From Longimicrobiales bacterium (GTDB taxonomy: Bacteria; Gemmatimonadota; Gemmatimonadetes; Longimicrobiales; Gaopeijiaceae): 64,000 nt of DNA. The stretch lies in assembly GCA_965243805.1 (NCBI GenBank), contig OZ251577.1, forward strand, positions 839,344-903,343, given 5' to 3'. The notes under the pieces are model-generated. The model had not been told where the DNA came from, did not search any database, and was given only the letters and a program-made list of their open reading frames with translations. Position 1 is the stretch's first letter; each line of letters begins with the position of its first letter. Position numbers and translations under genes: made by a program. Below, piece by piece: positions 49,171 through 57,616 of this stretch.

Positions 49171-50335
49171 GGTACGTCTTGATCTTGTCGAATGTCGCCT
49201 TCTTCTTGATGGCCAGTAGATGGTACGCATCCATCGGCAGGGTCTGTAGCGACAGCGTGTGTGCGATCAAGTTACGCGAAAACCGTTCTCCGGTTCGAAC
49301 CATCTGCGTGCGCAAGAAGTTGCCTCCTGAACTCGGACGGGTGGATGCCATACGCTTTCGTTCGTTGTCGTAAGCGTCTTTGAATCTCTGGTGCGACAAG
49401 TATCCGGCGTCGCGAAGCCGTCGAAGAACGACCAGCGAGCTGACCTTGAAGTGGGTCGCCAGGCGTTGCAGAGTGCGCCTCAGCTTTTCGCCGTCGCGGT
49501 ACTGACTGCGCAAAGCGTCCAAGGGAACCAGCAGTTCGGCCGCCACTTGATTGCACCACTGCTCGGTCCGATGGCCCTCCAAGGACGCGAGTGTGGTGTT
49601 CGACAGTCCCGAGTTTCCCAGCCAAATGTGGGCCAACTCGTGTGCCAGAGTGAACATCTGGGCCGCCTTTGCGTCGGCGCCGTTCACGAAGACGAGGGGT
49701 GCTAGATCATCCGAGAGGGCGAATCCTCGGAATTCGTCGGGATCCAGCACGCGGGATGTGTTGTTTCCCACCACGCCGCTGATCATGACCAGCACGCCCT
49801 TGGCGTCGGCGCGGTCCGCAAAGCGACGAACAGCCAACGTCCAGTTAGGGACGTCGCTCCGGTCCCGGACCCGAAAATCCAAGGTGGATGACATGTTCCG
49901 GGCCACCTGGGCCGGATCGTCGCCCAGGCTGGCCGAGCCCACGAATTCAACGGGATCGTGTTCCTCCTCCACGGCATACTCGTGGTACCAGTCCTGACGC
50001 CGCTGGCACAGGTAGACGGTGTCCACTAGGTGTGCACTCGGCCTGCGGGGCTGCTTGCCAGTCGTGGTGCGGAAGTCGGCTATGCCCAGATCGTCGGTCA
50101 GGGGTCCGCCCGAGAAGAGCGCTCCGAACGGCGTGTAGGTCGCCTTAGCGAAGAGCTGGAGCTGCCGATAGGTAGGCTTGGTCGTGCCAGCCTCCCATTC
50201 GCGGTACTTGGGGAAGCGTCGCTCGAGCGTCTCCACATCTTTCCCCGAGCGTTCCTGCGCCCACCGGAGCGTCGCAGGATTCACAGACACCCGGTAGGGG
50301 CCACGCTGAGGTTGTGGGCTGGATGGAGTCGTCAT
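49157..50335 (-). CDS. Fused XRE-family HTH plus ImmA/IrrE-type zinc metallopeptidase regulator (392 aa)
   Basis: The N-terminal HTH_XRE is ...LRWAQERSGKDVETLERRF.... The HEXXH zinc motif is HELAHIWLGN, in a DUF955/ImmA-like context. Confidence 0.7.
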   Translation of the reverse strand: MTTPSSPQPQRGPYRVSVNPATLRWAQERSGKDVETLERRFPKYREWEAGTTKPTYRQLQLFAKATYTPFGALFSGGPLTDDLGIADFRTTTGKQPRRPSAHLVDTVYLCQRRQDWYHEYAVEEEHDPVEFVGSASLGDDPAQVARNMSSTLDFRVRDRSDVPNWTLAVRRFADRADAKGVLVMISGVVGNNTSRVLDPDEFRGFALSDDLAPLVFVNGADAKAAQMFTLAHELAHIWLGNSGLSNTTLASLEGHRTEQWCNQVAAELLVPLDALRSQYRDGEKLRRTLQRLATHFKVSSLVVLRRLRDAGYLSHQRFKDAYDNERKRMASTRPSSGGNFLRTQMVRTGERFSRNLIAHTLSLQTLPMDAYHLLAIKKKATFDKIKTYHGLH

Positions 50336-50372
50336 GCGGGAACACTCCCGGACGGATCGGCTGGGTCGACCT

Positions 50373-51140
50373 TCAAGGTAACCGATTGGGGGAACTGCGG
50401 AAGTGCTTCAGGACGGCATCCATTTGACTGTGGTAGTCCCAGCCCTCGTTGAAGGTCTCGAAGATGTGGACCAGTTGGCGTTCGGCAAGACCGTAGCAGT
50501 GCGCGACAAGGGCGTCGAGTTGGTGGATCAGGTCCTCTTTCTCGTCGTCGGCGAGCGGCCCCCACTCCACGCCGACGGCCTCCGCCCATTCGGCGAAGCG
50601 CTCGTCCGGGCACGCGAGACGACCCGCTATCTCCACGATGCGTTTCCACAGGGGGTCGTGGCGGCTGAGGCGGGGGATGGGGAAGGGATTGATGACGAAG
50701 TATGTGACATGTGTTTCGACAAATCGGCGAGCATACCAGTCCAAGGGAATCGAGCACAGGACGCCCAACAGGAAGGCTTGATCCTTCTCGTCGCCACGAG
50801 GCCAGAGGAAGTAGGGCGCATTGTGCACGACGAACACCCTTGGCGGCAAGAGGCAGGCGATGATGGTTCGCTTGTCCGTTGCACGTGCCACGTCGCGAAA
50901 CGCGATCCGAGGCTTGAAGCATGGTAACGTAGATTGGTCCTGAAGGATGCCTATCGGGAACTCTTTGTGTGCGCTGTCGCGCCGGCTCCTCGCCGCCCTA
51001 ATCCGCTTGCTCTGCAGCCAGTCGAGTACCGGGCTTGGGTTGGCCCAGGCGTAGGGCGGACCCTTGTTGGGATCCCATAGATCGAACGACGCGCCCTTGT
51101 ACACGGGCCAGTAACCGTCTTCGCGCTCGAAGCTCATCAT
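50373..51140 (-). CDS. Hypothetical protein (255 aa) between the methyltransferase and the ImmA-like regulator, in lower-GC DNA. It may become a C-terminal extension of the methyltransferase if the C26 tract changes length.
   Basis: Its ATG overlaps the methyltransferase stop (ATGATGA). Its reading frame is open upstream all the way to the poly-C tract. Confidence 0.45.
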   Translation of the reverse strand: MMSFEREDGYWPVYKGASFDLWDPNKGPPYAWANPSPVLDWLQSKRIRAARSRRDSAHKEFPIGILQDQSTLPCFKPRIAFRDVARATDKRTIIACLLPPRVFVVHNAPYFLWPRGDEKDQAFLLGVLCSIPLDWYARRFVETHVTYFVINPFPIPRLSRHDPLWKRIVEIAGRLACPDERFAEWAEAVGVEWGPLADDEKEDLIHQLDALVAHCYGLAERQLVHIFETFNEGWDYHSQMDAVLKHFRSSPNRLP

Positions 51141-54100
51141 TGGCTTCTGCGCCGTCGCGTGGAGGTCTGTGATCGGCCTTGCACGCCAGCCGACGGCTTG
51201 TCGAACACCATGAAGTGCTTCTGTGCTGTGGCGTCCATCTCGCGGTCTGGGCGTGCACGCCAGTTGCCTCCTCCCCCCCCCCCCCCCCCCCCCCCCCCAT
51301 TTATAATTGTGTCCTCAAATGTGTCAAGACGAGGTGCTTTGGACAGCTGGGCGAACACATCTACCGATTCGTCGCCGGGCAACAAGGGGAGCGACGCCGA
51401 GTCGTTCCACTGTTCAATGTCTTGCCGATAGAACACCAAGGGCTCATTGACCACGCCAGCGCGGAAGGCGGAATGGTCTGGATAGGGGCCGCGCATTCGC
51501 AACTGAGATCCTAATTCGTCTCCTCGGCGGGCTATCGCCACAAGCACAATCGTGTACTGAGGGGTGACACTCTCGAACACCCATCCCGCCCGATTTTTCA
51601 GAGCAACCGCATCCATACTGCTCGCCTCGCCAAACACCGCCTTCCGAAACTCCTGCGATCCTTTGGCCTGCAACGCACTCCTGGGCAGTACGACGCCAAT
51701 CCGTCCGCCCTGCTTTGCGGCCAGCCGCCAGAAGCGCCAGCAGAACGCCTTGTACACATCGGCGTCGCCGGTTCCCATGCCGGGGAAATCCCCTCCCAGC
51801 AACGCTCGTCGCACGTCGTCGTTTTCCCGCACCTCTTCTCGCAAGGCCACAACCAAGTCGGGGCGCTCCTGACGGAACCGCGCCTTCTCGGCCTCCTGGT
51901 GGCGCTGGGACATGCCGCGCAAACCGGGAAAGTGCCGCGCCCAGAAGCCGTGTTCCTCCACCTTGGGCTTCTTCCACGGCGGGTTGCCCAGGATCACGTC
52001 GAAGCCGGAGCGTTCGCGCAAAAAGACCTCCGGGAATGCTACCGGGAAGTGCAGCACGGCAAGGCCGGACAGCTCTTGCGCCGCCACAGCGTCGGGCATC
52101 TCCCCCTCTGCCAAGCCATCGCTGCGGGAATCCCAGTCCTGGAACTGGAAATCCTTGACCAATGTCCTGTCCGAGATCGGCCGGGCGGTGATCAGGTCGC
52201 ACAGCGCCTTGGTGGCCGCAACCGCTTCTTCCGCCTCCTGTTGGGCCTGCCGTGCTTGGCGCACCTCGGCCACCGTGGCGTCGTTCAAGTTGGCCAGCCG
52301 ACGCAGCGGCTTGGCGGCCTTGCCCAGCAGGGATTCGGCGTCGCATCGGAACAGCGGCGTATTGACGGCTTCAAGCTTGGCCTTGATGTCGTCAATAGTT
52401 CCGATGCCGACCAGCGAGTTCCCGCGAACCAAGTTGTGGTCCAGAAATGAAAGCGGGAGACCAGGCACGAACGTGTGAATCCACACGGCCAAACGAGCCA
52501 GCTGGACCGAAATGTCGTTCAGGTCCACGCCGTAGATGCACCGTCGCGCGATCATCCGACGCAGCAGTTGACCGTCCTCAATGGAAAATGCGCTAGCCGC
52601 GTCGCCGCCCAAATGGGTTCGCGCGGCTCGACGAAGCTCGGCCAGCTTGTTGCGCACGCGCGGCAAGTCGCGACCGACCAGAAAGTCGGCCATTCCCTTC
52701 TCGATTCGGTCGATGGCACCGACCAGGAAGTGGCCCGAGCCCATGGCGATGTCAGCCACCCGGAAGTCGAAGAACCTCTCGGCGGCGGTGGCGTCGTCCA
52801 TGGAGTCCAAGCGCTCGAAATGGTCTTTCAGCGCGGGTTCAAGCGCCTTGTCCAGCAGGTGCCCCACGGCGAACGGCTTGGTGTAGTAGCTGCCCGTGAA
52901 CTTGCGAACTCCAGAGCGGTTGTGCAGGTAGGTCTCCCCTTCGGAGACGACGACTCGCGCCTTCGGCTTGGCTGGCACGTAGGTTCCCTTGCTGTCCACG
53001 GCCAAGTCCGTGTTCGCCACGGCAAGTTCGGACTCAAGCAGGCCCTCGTAGATCGTGCCGAACTCTCTCACACGCAGCGACCGGAAGTCCACGGGTCCCG
53101 GTCCGCCTTCGGGCGTCTCAATGACCAAGAGATGACGCAGGGCGACCTCAAAGACTTCGTTGGGCAACGAGACGCGGGCCAACTCAGCGCCGGTCTCCGA
53201 CACCTTCGGGTCGTTGCTGAACAATCCGCCGTCGTACTCGGGCACGCCCCACTCCGAGTTGCCGACCGCCACTGCCTCGCACAAGCGGGCCACCTCCTGC
53301 CAGTGGGCGTCGCCTGGGGCCACGGGCGTGTTCTCGGTCGCCTGTTTGACCAGCTCCTGCGCCTTCTGCTTGAGCGAACGGCGACGGTAGGCGTCGTTGG
53401 TGCGGTAGGGCAACAGGTCGCAGTCCTCAGCGTACGCTATGAAGAGGAGGCGGAACAGCACCGTCATGGCCATGTCGTAGGTGCGAGCCAACTCCGGCGC
53501 GGTCAGCGACTCGATGCCTCTTGCGTCGGCGATGCCCTGTGCGAGCCTTGGGACGACTTGGTCGTAGATGCGCTCGCGGAGACGTTCGGCCAAGTTGCCG
53601 GCAAAACGACGGGAATCATCCAGGATTTTGTCCAGGCTGCCCTCCGGCGCCAGCGCTTCGGCGGAGAAGATCAGCCACAGGTACGCCAAGTCGGGATCGG
53701 TCAGCAGCGGAGTTTGGCACTCCACGTAGGTCTCGGTGCGGCCGCGCCTGCCGACGCCCCGGTCGGTGGCGGTCGAGTAGAGGCGCAACCGGTTGCCTTG
53801 GACCATCAACACCCAGGACAGGTTTTCGTCGTCGGCCTTCTTGAGCGCGTAGGTGACCGGCGACAGGCTGTTGAAGCGAGGGTTGCCGGCTTCCGCCGAC
53901 TCGTGGTCGTGCAGCAGGACGGCGAGGGCGGTGCGTCGCTGGCCGCCATCCCCGCTCAGGAGAAGGCGGGTCAGATTGTCCAGCGGGGCAACGCGAAAGC
54001 CCAGGGCACCCAGCATCTCGATTGCGCGGGTGCCGATTGCCTTCTGGGCCTTGCGACCGGCGGCGATCCAGTCGGGTCGCTGCCGAACCGCCGTCACGAG

Positions 54101-54646
54101 GTTATGGATGGCCAGCAGCCCCTCGTTGCGGATGCCCGGCAGATCGGTCTCCAGCGACGGCAGGGCTTGGGAGAGAAACTGAAGCGCCGAGTGGCGGTCC
54201 GGCTGCACCAAGGCTTCCCGGCAGATTCGTTCGACCCGCTCGGTGTCCAGGCCAGTCCAGACTGCGGGCTTCTCTCCTGTGGGACCGCAGAGCGCCGCGC
54301 CTTCGGGGTGAAGCACGGCCAGGAGCACCGGGGCCGCACGACCGGCTCGACGGTCCTGGTGAGCGGCGGCCATGGCGAGCCGGGACGGAGTGCGGTCGGC
54401 ACGGGCAACCACAACCTCCAGGCCATGGTCGCCTTCGCCTACGAAGAGGCCGGCGGGCTGGAAGCCGAACCGCGGGCTGGGCGACCAGGGGCGGGGAACT
54501 AGTTCGGGAAGGAAGTCCAAGGATCGTCGGGCAAGCGGCCCGCCCGATCTGGCGAGTCCGGCTTGTGGGCGAAAAAACGGGGGGGGGGGGGGGGGAGCAT
54601 AGAGCGACGCTCGAACAGGCGCAAATGCAGGGGCTGTCAGGCACAC
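51137..54646 (-). CDS. Large N6-adenine DNA methyltransferase of the PglX / DrmMI / Eco57I-like (type IIG-related) family, 1169 aa, with homopolymer tracts near both ends
   Basis: The SAM motif I is DIAMGSGHFLVGA and catalytic motif IV is VILGNPPWKKPK. A G17 run at codons 18-23 gives a Pro run, and a C26 run near the 3' end gives a Gly12 run. Confidence 0.75.
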   Translation of the reverse strand: MCLTAPAFAPVRASLYAPPPPPPFFRPQAGLARSGGPLARRSLDFLPELVPRPWSPSPRFGFQPAGLFVGEGDHGLEVVVARADRTPSRLAMAAAHQDRRAGRAAPVLLAVLHPEGAALCGPTGEKPAVWTGLDTERVERICREALVQPDRHSALQFLSQALPSLETDLPGIRNEGLLAIHNLVTAVRQRPDWIAAGRKAQKAIGTRAIEMLGALGFRVAPLDNLTRLLLSGDGGQRRTALAVLLHDHESAEAGNPRFNSLSPVTYALKKADDENLSWVLMVQGNRLRLYSTATDRGVGRRGRTETYVECQTPLLTDPDLAYLWLIFSAEALAPEGSLDKILDDSRRFAGNLAERLRERIYDQVVPRLAQGIADARGIESLTAPELARTYDMAMTVLFRLLFIAYAEDCDLLPYRTNDAYRRRSLKQKAQELVKQATENTPVAPGDAHWQEVARLCEAVAVGNSEWGVPEYDGGLFSNDPKVSETGAELARVSLPNEVFEVALRHLLVIETPEGGPGPVDFRSLRVREFGTIYEGLLESELAVANTDLAVDSKGTYVPAKPKARVVVSEGETYLHNRSGVRKFTGSYYTKPFAVGHLLDKALEPALKDHFERLDSMDDATAAERFFDFRVADIAMGSGHFLVGAIDRIEKGMADFLVGRDLPRVRNKLAELRRAARTHLGGDAASAFSIEDGQLLRRMIARRCIYGVDLNDISVQLARLAVWIHTFVPGLPLSFLDHNLVRGNSLVGIGTIDDIKAKLEAVNTPLFRCDAESLLGKAAKPLRRLANLNDATVAEVRQARQAQQEAEEAVAATKALCDLITARPISDRTLVKDFQFQDWDSRSDGLAEGEMPDAVAAQELSGLAVLHFPVAFPEVFLRERSGFDVILGNPPWKKPKVEEHGFWARHFPGLRGMSQRHQEAEKARFRQERPDLVVALREEVRENDDVRRALLGGDFPGMGTGDADVYKAFCWRFWRLAAKQGGRIGVVLPRSALQAKGSQEFRKAVFGEASSMDAVALKNRAGWVFESVTPQYTIVLVAIARRGDELGSQLRMRGPYPDHSAFRAGVVNEPLVFYRQDIEQWNDSASLPLLPGDESVDVFAQLSKAPRLDTFEDTIINGGGGGGGGGGGNWRARPDREMDATAQKHFMVFDKPSAGVQGRSQTSTRRRRSQ
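51273..51298. repeat. Homopolymeric tract of about 26 C (plus strand) inside the 3' end of the methyltransferase gene
   Basis: Read directly from the sequence. It is a simple-sequence contingency-locus candidate. Confidence 0.9.
54579..54595. repeat. Homopolymeric tract of about 17 G (plus strand; a C-run on the coding strand) 50 nt into the methyltransferase ORF
   Basis: Read directly from the sequence, preceded by an A6 run. Confidence 0.9.
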
Positions 54647-54784
54647 CGCTAGGGACTGTGCTGCCGCTCCAGCTCGGAGAGTCCGACAGCAGTTACGCCC
54701 TGGCCCAGCGACAGTCGCCCCACGCCCGAATGCACGCCGTATCCGTGGCCAGCCCTCTGCCGGCGAGCAGGCTCCTCGGGCGAG

Positions 54785-55489
54785 TCACCGGACGCCGATC
54801 ATTTGCCGCTTGGGCGTGACGATCGCGAGCTTCGGACTCACCCGCGTGCCGCTGTGGTGCTTGCGGTGCGCCGCCTCAAAGACGAGCTCCCGGCCACCTT
54901 CTAGCTTCGCGCGCAACTGCGGGCGCGTGCGGGCTTTGTTCCACAATGGACACGTGGCCTTGCCCAGTCGCCCGAGCTCTGTGCCTTCGACCCGGAAGCC
55001 GGTGTGCTGGTCATAGCGCACCACGAGAAAGCAGAATTTTCTCGCGCCCAACTGCGCGCCGAGCCGATCCAGCCACTGATCGTATTCGCTCACGACAGCG
55101 GCTACGGCCTGCTGCGGCTTGTCTCCGCGCCGGATCTCGTCCAGGTGCGAAGGGAAGCGCAGCGGGTAGCGTTGCGTAGCCCGGTTCCCCTTGTACATCC
55201 TGATCTTCACGCCGATGTCGCCGATCAGGAAGTTCACGTGGGTGCGCCACAGCGACACGAACCGGATCTCCGGCGATGCCGCCACGATCCAGTCCACGAG
55301 ATGCCGTTTCGTCAGATCGCCCTTGTGGTTGCTTGCGGCCAGGATGTGCTCCGAAGACTCGGAAAGCGCATCCTGTACGACCTGCACCACATCGGCGACG
55401 CCGCGCTCGGGCTGCGGGATGTCCGCCCCGAAGTATCTCGCGAGCTCCTCGCGACATATCTGTCGGATGCGGGCTTCGGTGATGTTCAT
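54785..55489 (-). CDS. Hypothetical protein (about 234 aa) immediately upstream of the methyltransferase operon. Function unknown.
   Basis: The start is set at an internal ATG (MNITEARIRQICREEL). I found no recognisable motifs. GC is lower than the background. Confidence 0.35.
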   Translation of the reverse strand: MNITEARIRQICREELARYFGADIPQPERGVADVVQVVQDALSESSEHILAASNHKGDLTKRHLVDWIVAASPEIRFVSLWRTHVNFLIGDIGVKIRMYKGNRATQRYPLRFPSHLDEIRRGDKPQQAVAAVVSEYDQWLDRLGAQLGARKFCFLVVRYDQHTGFRVEGTELGRLGKATCPLWNKARTRPQLRAKLEGGRELVFEAAHRKHHSGTRVSPKLAIVTPKRQMIGVR

Positions 55490-55972
55490 GCAGACCTCCT
55501 CCCTGTGGGGTTTGGTGCCGCTCTGCCCCACTGAGCGCGCACGTACAGTGTCGAACCTTGTCAATAGTCGGAGCCTCAAGCTTGAGCAAGTTCGACCCGT
55601 CCGACCCGCCGGGGGAAGATATCAACTCAACTTCCCCGACAGGTCAGCCAGCGGCGAGCGTGGGTTCGATGGCGCGGCAAACGTAGCTGGACATGGCAGA
55701 AGTAAGTAAGTGAACAAGAGAGAGGTGTGTGCAGATTGGCATTCAGAATGCAAATGTACCGCCACTGCCTAGCCACTTCAGAAGCTCTCGACGCCCCACT
55801 GGGTCCAGCCACTTCGCGGGCACTCGAAGCCACCAGGGTAGGACAGCGACTCCCGCACTGACTTGACATACCGTCAACCTTACGTGCCAATTAGCCTAGC
55901 CTAGCCCCGACAACCTCAGCCCGGCCGCAACAACGGCCGGCAGGAACGACTACCCCCGTTGCACCAGCAGCT

Positions 55973-57616
55973 ATGACGATCCATCAGCTCCTCGGCACCG
56001 GCACCGACCGCGCCCTTTCGGCACCCGGCCGACGCGACTGCACCTACGACGCTCTCCGCACTCACGTGGAGCGCACGGTGGCAGCGCTGAACGCACGGGG
56101 AGTAGGGCGAGGAGATCGGGTGGCGATCGTCCTTCCCAACGGGCCGGAGATGGCCAGCGCCTTTGTGGCAATCGGGTCCGGGGCGGTGACCGCGCCTCTC
56201 AACCCCCGCTACACGGAACGCGAGTTCGCCTTCTACCTGTCGGACCTGGGAGCACGGGCGCTGGTGGTGGCAGAGGGCGACCCTTTGCCCGCACGGCACG
56301 CCGCCGACCGTTTGGAGGTGCCCGTGCTGGAGGTGCGCTTCGACCCCGACGGGCCTGCCGGCACCTTCGACTTCGCCACCCCGCCCGACGACGGACAACG
56401 CCCGCCCGCCCGTCCAGGCATGGCTTCGCCCGACGACACGGCGCTCGTGCTCCACACCTCGGGCACCACTTCGCGGCCGAAGATCGTCCCCCTCCTCCAC
56501 CGGAACGTGTGCGCCACGGCCCACAACATTCGGGAGACCCTTGCGCTGTCGTCGGAGGACGGCTGCCTCAACGTCATGCCGCTCTTCCACATCCACGGCC
56601 TCATGGCGTGCGTACTGGCAACGCTGGGCGCAGGCGGGAGCGTGTACTGCACCCCCGGCTTCAACGCGCTGAAGTTCTTCGGCTGGCTGGACGACTGCGT
56701 CCCGACGTGGTATTCCGCGGTCCCGACGATGCACCAAGCGATCCTGGCCCGGGCCGTGCGCAACGCCGAGACCGTCGAGCGGGCCAAGCTGCGGTTCATT
56801 CGCTCGTCGTCGGCGTCCCTGCCCGCACGGGTAATGGCGGAGCTGGAGGAGACGTTCGGCGCGCCCGTCGTGGAGGCGTACGCCATGACCGAAGCCGCTC
56901 ATCAGATGACGTGCAACCCCTTGCCTCCAGCGCGCCGCAAGCCGGGAACGGTCGGCCCGGCGGCGGGTCCCCAAGTCTCGGTCATGGACCAGGACGGCAC
57001 CCACCTCAAGCCCGGCGAGGAGGGCGAGATCGTCATTCGGGGACCCAACGTCACCCCAGGCTACGAGAACAACCCGGCTGCCAATGCGGCGGCGTTCACC
57101 CACGGCTGGTTCCGCACCGGCGACCAGGGCTTCCGAGACGGGGACGGCTACTTCACGATCACGGGCCGTCTCAAGGAGATCATCAACCGAGGCGGCGAGA
57201 AGGTCTCTCCCCGGGAAGTGGACGAAGCACTGATGGACCATCCGGCCGTGCAGCAGGTGGTCACCTTCGCGATGCCCCACCCGAAGCTGGGCGAGGAAGT
57301 GGCCGCCGCCGTGGTGCTGCGGGACGAAGCCGGCTCGCAGACCGACGACGCTGGCTCGCAAAGCGACGAAGCCGGCTCGCAGACCGACGCCCAAGTCGCC
57401 GCCGACATCCGGAGCTTCGCTGCCTCTCGCTTGGCGGGCTTCAAGGTGCCGCGCACGGTGGTGGTCCTGGACGAAATCCCCAAGGGGCCCACTGGCAAGC
57501 TGCGGCGGATCGGACTGGCAGAGCAGCTGGGGCTTGGAGGCGCGGAAGCGGGTGCGGAAGCGGGTGCGGGAGCGCGTGCCGCCGAAGGGCGTGGCGTGGC
57601 AACCCGATCCCCGTGA
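55973..57616 (+). CDS. AMP-dependent acyl-CoA synthetase / ligase (547 aa) with an internal EAGSQTD-like tandem repeat
   Basis: The AMP-binding motif is LHTSGTTSRPK, and ...GWFRTGDQG... and ...PKGPTGKLRR are also present. A 21-bp unit repeated three times sits in a surface-loop region. Confidence 0.8.
   Translation: MTIHQLLGTGTDRALSAPGRRDCTYDALRTHVERTVAALNARGVGRGDRVAIVLPNGPEMASAFVAIGSGAVTAPLNPRYTEREFAFYLSDLGARALVVAEGDPLPARHAADRLEVPVLEVRFDPDGPAGTFDFATPPDDGQRPPARPGMASPDDTALVLHTSGTTSRPKIVPLLHRNVCATAHNIRETLALSSEDGCLNVMPLFHIHGLMACVLATLGAGGSVYCTPGFNALKFFGWLDDCVPTWYSAVPTMHQAILARAVRNAETVERAKLRFIRSSSASLPARVMAELEETFGAPVVEAYAMTEAAHQMTCNPLPPARRKPGTVGPAAGPQVSVMDQDGTHLKPGEEGEIVIRGPNVTPGYENNPAANAAAFTHGWFRTGDQGFRDGDGYFTITGRLKEIINRGGEKVSPREVDEALMDHPAVQQVVTFAMPHPKLGEEVAAAVVLRDEAGSQTDDAGSQSDEAGSQTDAQVAADIRSFAASRLAGFKVPRTVVVLDEIPKGPTGKLRRIGLAEQLGLGGAEAGAEAGAGARAAEGRGVATRSP

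Noticed and set aside
50373-54646. Annotating the methyltransferase and the 255-aa ORF as one frameshifted pseudogene
   Set aside because: As sequenced, the methyltransferase has a normal stop overlapping the next ATG (ATGATGA), which is a common coupled-gene arrangement. Fusion would need a tract-length change. Both interpretations are kept in the findings, and I did not call a pseudogene.
7231-55913. The inverted (GCTAG)3 motifs as terminal inverted repeats of a 48.6 kb mobile element
   Set aside because: The interval contains core housekeeping operons (pstSCAB, cls, ctaA-like neighbours, ybaK). There is no transposase or integrase and no target-site duplication. I kept it as a finding only in the sense of a notable motif pair.
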